A stretch of DNA of 64,000 nt, from NCBI RefSeq assembly GCF_009914755.1, contig NC_060941.1. One strand, 5' to 3'. The translations under genes and the position numbers were made by a program. Below the pieces are notes generated by a model. The model made no database searches, had not been told where the DNA came from, and worked only from the letters and a program-made list of their open reading frames with translations. This document shows positions 52,878 to 64,000 of this stretch, piece after piece; position 1 is the stretch's first letter, and each line of letters begins with the position of its first letter. This stretch comes from the human T2T-CHM13v2.0 reference genome, Homo sapiens.

Positions 52878-53765
52878 TGATTCAGTCAAAGTTCAATCAG
52901 TGGATAGAAATTACACAGTAATTTCAACAGGAAAAGTTTAATATAAAGAATTAGTAACTATAACAGGAAAGTAACTATAAAAATATGGAGAGAACTCTTA
53001 AGAATACCCTGTGGCTGAGGAGGAGTACCCTAGAGAGGACAAGAAGAAAGGGGACCCCCACAATAAGGCAGGAATTCGAACTTTGTTGAAGATGTGTTTG
53101 CGGTGCATTGGATAGTGTAGAAGTTCACTAGTTTCCACAAGCCAGTGGTTTGCAGTCACTGTAAAACCAGGTAGCAACCATGGAGTGAGCACAAACTCAG
53201 TATGGCAGGCAGGCATGAAGAGAAAGGGTGTGTGGAGCGTGCTCACAGGAGGTGGTCTATGGATTGGTATGGGTTGGGAGAGGGCCACAGGAAACAATTC
53301 TCTGAGTATCAGACAAGTCGAATGGAAACCAGGGTGTTGAGAAACTGCTTGACAGCAGGGTGGCATGTGTCTTGGAGTAAGCATGTCTCAGAGACATCCA
53401 TGTAAAAATAAATAAGGGAGAACACATCTGCCTGGTTCCCTCCCACTGTCTGTTTTCCATTGATCAATGCTCTTACCACAAGGAATCTCCCACACTTCTG
53501 GGTTTTGTCATCTGGAAACTTTGGAAGTCATTTGAGATGCCAAACCTCACACTCTGTAGAGTGGGCTTCATTTAAAGGTGGAAATAGCAGGAAAAGCCAG
53601 AAGCCCCAGGCTGAAGCCGCTCACCATAGCTGTGCAGTAGAGGCACAAAGGAGGGCCTGGTTAGCAACTCTGGTCAAGTGACTTGTCAGTCCCTGGTGGT
53701 GTCCATGGGTCTGGATGGTGGATACAGTTGAGGGAACCTGAGTACATGAATAGGTATCTAATACA
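52878..53765 (-). mobile_element. Old LTR (LTR50/LTR78-like)
   Basis: cagtcaaagttcaatcagtggatagaaattacacagtaatttcaacaggaaaagtttaatataaagaatt start. Confidence 0.5.
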
Positions 53766-54316
53766 CACCCTTTGACCCTCTTTTCTCCATATTCCATGGC
53801 TGATTAATCCCTAACACATGAGTGGGTTACTACCAAATCTCAATTATGGAAGCCATTTTTTCTCTTTAAGTTACATTTATATATTTTTACTTTCATAGAT
53901 TCTGTGCTTTGCAGTTGAACATGCAGCATAATATTAATATTATATATAGTATAATATTAATATATTTTTTCTATAACATTTTCTATAACATTACATATTA
54001 TAGAAAACTATATTTTTTAATATATTTTATATATTTATTTTAGAATGAATATATATATATATTCATTCTAGGGCATGGGAAGTCTCATTCTGGATCAGAA
54101 GAACTGACAATAAGCCAGAATTTGAACCTAGGTCCTTTTGCCCTTTCTATTATCTTTGGTGATAAAATTGAATAATTGTGTTGTAGACAGACTGGTTTCA
54201 TCCTGTTGCCCCATTGGGCAGTTTTTTTCAACCTATTCATTCCCATTAGACTTGTATTCATTTCCTCCCAGACTATAGGAATTATGAGGACTCCATGAAA
54301 TAGATTAATCACTGTC

Positions 54317-54709
54317 TGCTGTGGCTCAAATGTATGCATTCCTTCAAAATTTATATGTTGGAACCTACCCCCTCAAGGTGATGGTATTAAGAGGTAGGGT
54401 CCTTGGGAGATGATTAGGCCATGACTAGGCTCTGCCTTCATTGATAATATTGGTGCTCTTATAAAAGGGCTTGAGGAAGATGGTTCATTCCTTGTTCTCC
54501 CCTTTTGCCCTCTTGCTTTCTGCCATGTGAGGACACTGTGAGTAGATGCCATTAGGATGAGACAGGCTCTCATCAGATACTGAATCTGCTAGCACCATGA
54601 TCTTGTTTGGACTTCCCAACCTCCAGAACTGTAAGAAATAAGTTTCTATTACCTATAAATTAGCCAGTTTGTAGTATTTTGCTATAGCAGCAGGAGTGAA
54701 CTCAAATAC
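54317..54709 (+). mobile_element. MaLR solo LTR (MSTD/MLT1A1-like)
   Basis: tgctgtggctcaaatgt...ggtgctcttataaaagggcttgagg...acttcccaacctccagaactgtaagaaataa. Confidence 0.85.
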
Positions 54710-57267
54710 TGCTTTTCAAAGGTATTATGAGAACAGGGAGGGTAATGAACAACCCCCAAACCTAGTTTGAGTAGTATGGCTGTAGATACATGGTATTTTA
54801 ATGTTCTGAAAACAGATAAGTGTTGTGTTTAAAGCCATGGGCACCAAGTCAGATACAAATTCTGTATATATATGCTGTGTGCCCTTGGCAAAATCATTTA
54901 ACACCCCTGAACTGTATCTGGAAATGAAAAAAATAATGCTTATTTTTAAGGATTGTCGTGGGAGTTAAGTCACACATATTTGAAAAAACCTGGCCCAAAT
55001 GAGAAACAACTTTTTTCAACTACTCAGTGTTATGTGATTAAGTCCTCTTTGTCTTTCTCTCTTTTTGCCCAAGTCTCAGTCAACACAATTGAAATGATGT
55101 CGTAAACACCAAGATTCACTGTAACAGTTTCTCTCTAGCCTTTATTTGATTGTATTTATAGGTCCATGAATGTATGTATAAATGTGCTTGTCTGAGTCAC
55201 TGTCTATATTTGTATAAAAGTATCATCTCTCATTATCTGAAGAATCATGAATATAATTTAACTGATATACCTGAAAGACGTAAAGTCTTTTTTTTTAAGC
55301 TAGAATGTAGCTTCACATGGTAGCAAGGCGATTCACATCTTGGCAAGCTTTCATGTGAAAATGTTTTGCTTTGCCATATGGCTCCAGATATGGTCAGTTA
55401 CATCCTGTTAACTTTTTTCTAGACACACGCTGGTTGGATCCTCCTCTCATTAAAACACAGCAGAGCCCATTAAAGCTCAAATGACAGGCTATTTATTCAT
55501 TCACAAAATAAGCATTTGCTCCACCTGAAATATGTGTGTGACACCGTAGATGTGGAAACTAGTGAAAAAATTTGAGTTATGAACACATTTTGGGTTCTCA
55601 TTTTTAAGTTTTTAAGACTCTTATCTCACGAGATTATTGACTTTTGGAAAAATTATACTATTTCTTAACAGTGGAAAAACTAGACCAAAGAAAGGAAAAG
55701 TTTAGTATTTATTAAGCACTGTATTTGACAGAACAGGTGACATAGTGCTTAGACATAGGCTGTAGTGCACACAAAGGACAGGGAAGGGCAAATAATAGAT
55801 CTGGGAGCAAGGGAAGCATAATTGACAGAGATTTTGTAAATCAGCCCTTACACATTTAATCTACCGTCTTCTTGATTCCATGCATGCTTCTGCATCCCAG
55901 TCATTATAACATTCCACATTCTATGTGGAACAACTAGAGCCTTCAACAAGAGACAGGAGGATCGTTTGTCACATTTGCCTTCCCAGGTTTTATTTTTTCC
56001 TTTCTTTTTTTTCTTGACATTCCATTCTATGATTGAAAACAGCTTCAACTAAATTATAACCTCAAGCTGTTCCAGATTTATCACTCCTCACCATGATAAT
56101 ATTTTAAGTCTTTGAGTTCTCCCATCATCTAGAACATTTACATCAAAAATTTGAAGTTGCACAGATTTATATATAAGACAAAATAAATAGGCACTTTTTA
56201 TCCTTCGGGTTTTTTATCAGACTTATAAGCTCCAACCCAACAGGAAATACTGTCAGGCCTCCTCTTTGAGATAAATAAAAATGTAGTACTTGGAGGAAGT
56301 TATTCCAGATCACAAAAAGATTTTAGATAGAAGCCAGAGGGGACAGTGACTATTAAAGCTTCAGTAAAAGTAACCATTTATGTAATTTCTAACTTAGGAT
56401 TCAGAAAGCAAAAAGATAGAGATTTAACAAGCATGTGCCCTTCAATGCCATTTAATCCAATTCTGTTTGACCCTAAGGCTTCTTTTGAATTAAGACTAGT
56501 CATCTACAATGTTAATATTCTTGCCTTCACCAGTCTTCAAGCACAATATCTGAGGTAGATATTGTCATCATTATTTACAAATAAGCAAACTGATGCTGAA
56601 GGAGAACAGACACAGAAAACAAGTGGCAGAACCAAGTTCAATTCCTGGTCTACCTTATCCCAAATTCCATGTTCTTTCTACCTCATACTACATTAGGCTG
56701 ACAGATGAAGACTTTAACAGGCAAGACTTATTCATTCTCCACTTCATGTATTTACTAAGTACAATTGATACAGAAACCTCTCTTATACCGGATCCATGAG
56801 TAATTATTTCTGCGTTTCTTAAAAATTGAAGGAATAGGGCTGACAAGTAGGCTTAAACTTTGAGATCCTTGATGTGATGAGAAAGTTGATTATCTGACAT
56901 TTAATAGGATCTGGAAAATTTGCCAGTAGCATTGCACTGTGTAATGAAAGAGGAGACTGCTTAAGAGAAGTATGATTTCCCTGTCATCACTGAGAAAGAG
57001 ATTCAATGAAGCAGTTCTGAAAATCCACAGTGGCAGAATAATTATGCCAAAGCACAGACATCACCTTAGGAGGGATGGAATAAAATGATCAGGGTCAGTG
57101 TGATACCAGAAAATAATTAAAGTTTTTGACCAATGGGCCATGGTATCTCATGGTATCTGTGATTTGTAATATCTTGATAACAAGTTCAAAAGCAAATGCT
57201 TCTATAACCTTCAGCTGCCAATCCTTACTCATATGACTTGAACTGGTGGAGAGATTTAATACTTACA

Positions 57268-57272
<5 letters not shown>

Positions 57273-57298
<26 letters not shown>

Positions 57299-57311
57299 TA
57301 CACACACACAA
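57273..57311. repeat. (CA)n microsatellite
   Basis: Direct inspection. Confidence 0.95.
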
Positions 57312-57598
57312 ACACTTCCTTTCCTGGAGGCTTTTATTTCTATTCAAAACTGGAATCAAGACATCCAATCAGTATTCACTACAGGGCCTTGGGTAAAATT
57401 GTGAAGTGAGCAAAGTTCATCTTCAGCAATCTTTAATCAAAATCCTCTTTCCACACTTGTTATCCTCTTAGGGACAGCTCTACTTACACCCTTTGCTATC
57501 CAGTGAGCTAGTTTCTGCCTCCTTCTACCCTTTCAAATTGCCAAGACTAATTCTCAGGAGATTTGGATCTCACTTATGGTAATCTATGGTGGATTGAT

Positions 57599-58180
57599 TG
57601 TATTAGTTGTCTATTGCTATATAATAAATTACCACAAATTCGCTGGCTTAAAACAGTACACTCTTATTATCTCACAGTTTCTGGACACCAGGCTTAGCTG
57701 GATTCTCTGCTTAGGGTCTCCCAAGGCTGCCAAAAATGTGTTGGCTGGGCCACATTCTTATTTGGGGAAGAATCTGCTTCCAAGATCATTCAGTTAGTAG
57801 AATGTATTTTCTTACAGCCATAGGATTAAGAGTTTATAGGTTTTTTTGTTTTCGTTTTGTTTTTTTTTTTTTTTTTTTTTGCTGGCTTTTGACCAGAGCC
57901 TGCTGCAGGCTCCTGGATGCCATCCACAGTTTCTTGTCACATAGACTTTCAACATGGCTCATCTCATCGGGCCAGAAAGAAGGATCTCTACATTGAGCCT
58001 GCTAGCAAGATGGATTCTTATATTAGGTAATGTGGCCATAGGAGTGGCATCCCCCTCACTTTTGCCACATTCTATTGATCAGAAGTAAGTCACGGGTCCC
58101 ATTTACACTCAAGGGAAGAGAATTCCACAAATTCGTGTGTGTGTGTGTGTGTGTGTGTGTGCCCCAAATAGTCATTTTGG
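57599..58180 (-). mobile_element. MLT1F-like solo LTR, with (TG)n at 58135-58161
   Basis: tgtattagttgtctattgct...ggcttaaaaca...ttattatctcacagtttctg...cttttgccacattctattgatcagaagtaagtcac. Confidence 0.8.
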
Positions 58181-58649
58181 TCAATAAACAGCAAGAATGT
58201 TTGAAGAAGAGAGAAAAGTAGCAGGTTTGTCTAATTTCCATGAATTCTGCTGAAGAATAAGCATGATCCACAGGCTAGAAGCTTTATTGTACACCCACGT
58301 TTCGTTGTTATGTATTCACACTAATAAGCAATGGAATCTTGGGCAAATTATATAACTTCAGTTGATTGATCTGTAAAATGAATAATAAACATACCTTATT
58401 GTCAGTTTTGCTATCTAGATTAAATAATCCCAGAGGTAAAAAAGAAACTGGCTTTAGAGTTGCTCCTTCCTCTTTATACCCTGGGCCACTCCCTCCTGCA
58501 AATAAAATGTAACTGTGCACTAAATTTACCAGTAGAGTCTCAAGCAACAAAGACAAAAGGGGGAAATTATGTATCTTCAGCAATAATATTTGAAAGAAAA
58601 TAGTCTTTCTTTTATGACTCTTTCATAAGTCAGGGAAAGCAGCTCTCAA

Positions 58650-61360
58650 ACAATTTTTTTAATTTAAAATATGTAAATATATTATTTTTGTAAAAATTCA
58701 AGCATCATAGATAAAAATTCCCTGTGATCACCATCCCCAGTTGTATTTATAATCTCAGTGATACTACTTTTATTGATTTTTTAAAATATATTATTTCAGA
58801 ACTTTGCTATGCAATTATAACTAATTTTATAGATCATTTTGTCTTACATGTGTTCAGATAGATACTATTATACTGTACATAATGTTCTTTTACTTGTTTT
58901 ATTATTCATCATATTTTCTGGAATTATATTCAGGTTAGTACATACAGGGTAATATTATTTTTTAAGCTGTCCTATAATATTTTCATCCCCACATTGCTTC
59001 CTGTGGACATTCAAATTAAAAAGAACCTATTCTGTTTTTTATTTTTAACTATAGTAAACTATATTGAAATGAACTTCCTTGAAGATATCTTAATATGCAA
59101 ATGTAAGCATTTTTTCTAGAGTTAAAGAAAAGAATTGATGCAACATAAACTAAACATTCTTATTTTAATATAAGCTTCCAAAATGACCATACCAATGTAT
59201 ACTCCCCTCAGCAGTGAAAAATTGGTTGGGATTAAATAAAGTTATGTGGATAAAGTGCCTAGTGCAGTCCTTGGCATGTATTAAAGTGTTCAATAAATGT
59301 TAGATCTTATTACTAGAATAAGATAAAAATGAGCAATTTTCTGATAGTTTGGTTTCATGGGAGGATAGAATTTGGAAGAATAGGGCAGTTTGATAAGATT
59401 CACTAAATGCATAAGTGACAATGTGAAACTCAAATAAGAATGTGATGAGGACAAGCTCCATACTTCACAATTTTGCCTAAGACCAATTCAGAGTGTACTT
59501 AGAACTCAAATATATTCAAATTATTAATCTGGCACAGGGATATAACCATCATTTGTACTCAAATAGGTAAAGCCAAGTATTCAAGCCCCAATTGTCCCTC
59601 TTTAGAAAATTTTATGTGAACTAAATTATTTTCATAAATTATACCCATGTTAGATTCTAACAGACCTAAAATTTCATTTGTGTTAACAAACATGACCACA
59701 TGAATTGAATGTGACTTAAAATAGAATGACTTTTCAGTCCTAGTGCATTGCACAGGAATAATAAATGACTCAAGTAAAATAAACCCTAAGTAATAAAAGT
59801 AAATGACCAATGATCAAGTTTCTCTTTTAAAACACTCAAGGTATTTGACTCTCTAAATTAGCTTAAGAGGAGTTTAATTGGAGTTCTATTGATAGAGCTG
59901 GTAGACACAGGAATAGGTGCTGAAAAACAAACTCTTAGCTAATGTTTTAAGGAACCATTAGTCAATAGTGCTAAACACTTCACAGGATTTCATTGTAAAA
60001 TATGCTTGTGCATTTCACATTCTCATTCATTTTGGTTTTGTCATTTTAATTGATTGTTATGTAAAAACAACGTTTGCCAATAGAAAACATTTAGAACCAA
60101 AAGGATGAAAGTAAAAATTCAATCTTGTTTCCCCCAGTGAGTCCCCCTCAAACTCTCTCTGTAGAGGCACCTAGTACTGCCAATTTTTCTGTGTCCTTCC
60201 AGAAATATTATGTTTATACAACCATATATGTGTTTGTAGATATATTTTTCAACAAATGTAGAAGAATTAGACAAACCAATTTGCATTTTCCATAAATCAC
60301 TGCTACCATGAACTACTTAGTACATGTAATTGTGCTCAAATGTGTCAGTATCTTTGAAGATCAGTTAGCTCATTAGAAGGAGCATTGCTTGGGTTAAAGG
60401 CTATGTGTCTTCAATTTTGGTAAATATTGCAAATTGTAATGAAGGATGAGAATTTACATGCATATTTCACTAAAGTTTGTTTCCCAAACTGTCTCCAGAT
60501 ATAATCTCTCAAGTAATTTTTTGTCAATCTGATAGATAAAAAATGGATGGCATGTATTTATTTCATAATGACATTGACTTTATTTTTTCTAACCATTTAT
60601 TCTGTGTGTACTGTGTACTACTAGTTTGTGTTCTTTGTCAATTTTTCTATTAGATTGATATTCTTTTTCTCATTGATTGTATGAGTTTTTCATCTATTAA
60701 AGAAAGTAGCTTTTTTGTTTATTTGTTTTTGTTTTTGCTATTGTCAGCAAGGATTTTTACTTCAATTGGTTATTAGTCTTTCAAATTTCTTTATCTTATT
60801 TTCCTATTGCCAAAATCTTATAGATAAGTATATCAATATTTATTTTTTTCATCTTTTGAGGTTTATTTCTTGCTGAGAAAAATTCTCCAAATTCCAGAAG
60901 TATAAAATAATTTGTCCTCTTTCTAGAAAATCATCCATTTCATGCAGGTTTTCAATTAATTTGGATTGAGCAAAATTACATTTTGCAATCTGTACTTAAA
61001 TTCTCCTTCCTATTTCTTATTTTGTGCCTCTGTACTTTCTCCACTCCCTCCAATATTTTATCTTGATTAAATAATTCATCATGTATTAATTATATTTTTC
61101 AAAAGAACTAGTTCCGAGATTTATCTATTAATCTATTGTATTGTCTTTTCTCTCTTTTACTAGTTTCAGGTTTTATCTCCACTTGCTTCTGTTTCCCTTC
61201 TACTTTTTCTGAATATTGTCTGTTTTATAACTATCAGTTTTTATCTTTATCTTTTCCTTTCCTTACAATTATTTTGTTGTATTTGTCCTCCTAGGTTCCT
61301 AAGAATAAATGCTTCATTAATTTTAGTCTTTTGCTTTTCAAATGATACAGACTTTTTTGT
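58650..61360 (-). mobile_element. Highly decayed L1ME/L1M5 fragments (about 58650-59215 and 60040-61360)
   Basis: T-rich antisense L1 motifs (ataccaatgtatactcccctcagcagtg; ttgtcaatctgatagataaaaaatgg). Confidence 0.55.
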
Positions 61361-62930
61361 ATTTTTAAGTAATGATTTATTTTCCCTTTAGTTAAGACAA
61401 CAGAAATTAATTTCTAAATATATTTAATATAGGTTTTCATTTGAAAAATATATGGAAATAAGTTGGCCAAGCAAAGTAGACATATCCATGTAAAAACAAA
61501 GAAAGCTCATAATTTTAAAAAAGGAGATTTAGGGAACTATTCTGTTCCACTGATCCTATGACAACATACCATATTCTGCAACAGAATAATTAGTGGGAAA
61601 ATTAAAGCTGAAATATTCTCTGGCCTTTAGTTATAGGCATTTTAAAAATGACCTTATAAGAATGTTTAGACAATTTCAACTGTAACATAGCAAAATAACG
61701 TTTATAATTCAAACTGATCATAGCTACTAATTTTCAAAAGTAGAACTGAAAACCAGAATTTAAAAAAAAATTAATCAGTTTGTACCAACTAGAGTAAGAC
61801 TTTGAGCCAATAAAGAGTCTTGGCTATATAAAATTGGTTCTAGAACTGCACAATGAATTGAGAGCTAAATTTCTTTGGAAAAGAGGTTGAAGAGGACCCT
61901 GAGTAGAAGGAATGCAAAACCTAGAAAAACAAAAATTATATGAAGGACATCGAGAGACAGAGCAGAGAGAAGCACACTAATAGAAACTTGGAGTATATAA
62001 TAAACAGATATCTTATGAAACATTCTTGCTTTTGAGAAGTTTGTAGACTTTTATGGAAATACATGTCTAACAATAAGGTTTAGATTATTTGTTTTGCTTT
62101 AATGTAAAACCAAAACTCCTTAAGGATGTTTCCTATACACACAAATATCAGGTGCATGTGGTTTGTGGGCATGGGGATCGAGAGATAACCAAGAGAAAGT
62201 GATTTCTACATCTGGGTTAGTGGGTAGTTGAGGAAGAGCATCATTTGGGGAGTAAAATGCAAATAAACTGAAAGCCAGAACTAAAGTTCTCATGAGAAAT
62301 CCACAGGAACTAGAAAATATTTAGGCAAGAATATTTGAGCTCATACAAGATATGGGCTAGAGGGGTTAAGCCAAATGTATAATAGTACCAAATTAAAAAC
62401 AGGCCTGACACCACTAAATTCAGAGGATAAAATTTCAAATTGGCATAAAGACCTGGAGTATTATGATAAAATTTTAAGCAGAAGTCTCCACACCTCTATA
62501 ATTTTTATCTGTGTTATATTCAGATATCTTTGATAGAAAGCTTAGACTCATAGAGAAGTATATGATGTAACATGTAATTTTAGATATCCTAAATTTTATG
62601 AGTTGATTTTCTAAATTCTGAAGTTAAACTGAAAAATATTTTACAAAATATATACCTTATTATAAAAATAATATATTACTATAAACTTGCTCTGAAAAAA
62701 ATAAAGTGCTGTAATTAAAGAAGAACATTGAGAGGATCCAGGAGCTATATAAAATGGAAACATTAGCAATTTATTAATCAGTGACAAATGAATTTTTAAA
62801 ATATAATAATTGAATTAGCACTGCCAATTCCAGAAGTCTCACTACGCACACTTACCTCTGGCTCACACAACATTTCATTGAAATGATAGAACAAACTCTA
62901 AAAATAGGTATAAATTTAGAGCAGCTCTGA

Positions 62931-63434
62931 TGTCAAAGAAAAATTACACAGGATGGAGTTAAATGGGGAAGATTTTATTTAAGACTATTGCAATAGGGGA
63001 GATAGACTGAATTCAATTGTGCTTAAAGAAAAAATAGGAGTTTTTAAATGCTGTGCTAAGCTAGTGGAAAGGGTACTCCAAGACATCCAAGAGATTAGTG
63101 AGTATGATTAGGACATCAGTATTTGCTAACTAATTATTGAAATTAGGCTCCCGGCTTCTCACAGAGATTGGGATATAAGAGCACTATTTCCTTCCTTCCG
63201 TGATTATGTTTCTAGGAAGTGGCTCTCAGGGCCTTGAGCAAGACATTCCTGGGTTTTAAGAGTAACTAGAGGTTCAAGGAAAATTCATATCTTAACTAAG
63301 CAGAGAAAAAAAAAATGCAATTTTAAGTTTTCTGAAGTAGAGGCTCTAAGAAAAGGGAGGTCAGGGATCCAGAGTCAGGAAGAAGCCTGTCTAAAGTTTA
63401 GTAAAGCTGAGGGGAATTAACACCATCTTGGTCA
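62931..63434 (-). mobile_element. ERV1 MER4-group solo LTR (MER67/MER31-like)
   Basis: tgtcaaagaaaaatt...gactattgcaatagggga...agaagcctgtctaaagtttagtaaagctgaggggaa...cttggtca. Confidence 0.75.
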
Positions 63435-64000
63435 CTAGAAAACCAGAAATGGTTTCACTAAGAGACAAAGAGTTAAAGAAATTCTAGATAACAAAAGGAA
63501 ATATATTGACTTCACCAGAAAACTCAATAGACAGTGCAGCCTGAGAATCTCTACAGGAAAGAGAGAGAAACTAAAGAAGAAAGTTTTTCCTGAAAAAGCC
63601 ACGGCCTAACCTCAAATCAAAGCCAGTCGGATTGAAAAAATTCAGTGAGCCATCAGGCAGGTGCCATGTAATTAATTAAAGACCACAGGAACAGCTGCAG
63701 GAGGCTCCTCTCTGAGAAGCTGCCCTCAGGTTAAATCTCAGATAGTCTTCTCTATTTAATGGCAGAAAACACCCAGCATGAGCTTTGATTCTAGAGAGAA
63801 AAAGAGGAGTTTCTCAAATAACTTTCGACTGCACTCAGGAGACAGATGCTGTGTGGACCTGCCAGTCCTTCTTTGTCCCACCCTTCTCTGCATGACCATA
63901 CTAGCAGAATCTTAAAATCAGTATTTGTATTCTCTACCAGCACAATATAGATTTTTCTCTTGTTGGGTACACGCAATGCCGACCGAACTAGTCTTATTTA

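Overview
AT-rich primate (very probably human/hominoid) genomic DNA, intergenic or deep-intronic. I find no supportable protein-coding gene, tRNA/rRNA, CpG island or CRISPR array; the ORFs in the track are repeat-derived (L1 ORF2, THE1 internal, Alu, LTR) or chance. Much of the window is interspersed repeat: 9 Alus, old and young L1 fragments, L2/MIR relics, MaLR/ERVL/ERV1 LTRs, a complete THE1A element, MER20/MER81/MADE1 DNA transposons, and a full-length 968-bp HERV-K(HML-2) LTR5_Hs solo LTR. Points of interest: (i) the LTR5_Hs, with intact promoter motifs but a discordant target-site duplication, directly abutting a twin-primed (5'-inverted) L1PA; (ii) three short non-tandem copies templated from 1.2-1.9 kb away; (iii) a repeat-poor, homeobox-motif-dense block at about 39-40.2 kb that resembles a conserved enhancer and contains a well-formed 80-nt candidate exon; (iv) DUX4-type sites in both THE1A LTRs; (v) an AT-rich palindrome cluster. 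I cannot show a new biological system from sequence alone. Repeat subfamily calls come from remembered consensus features, not from an alignment, and identities were estimated by eye.
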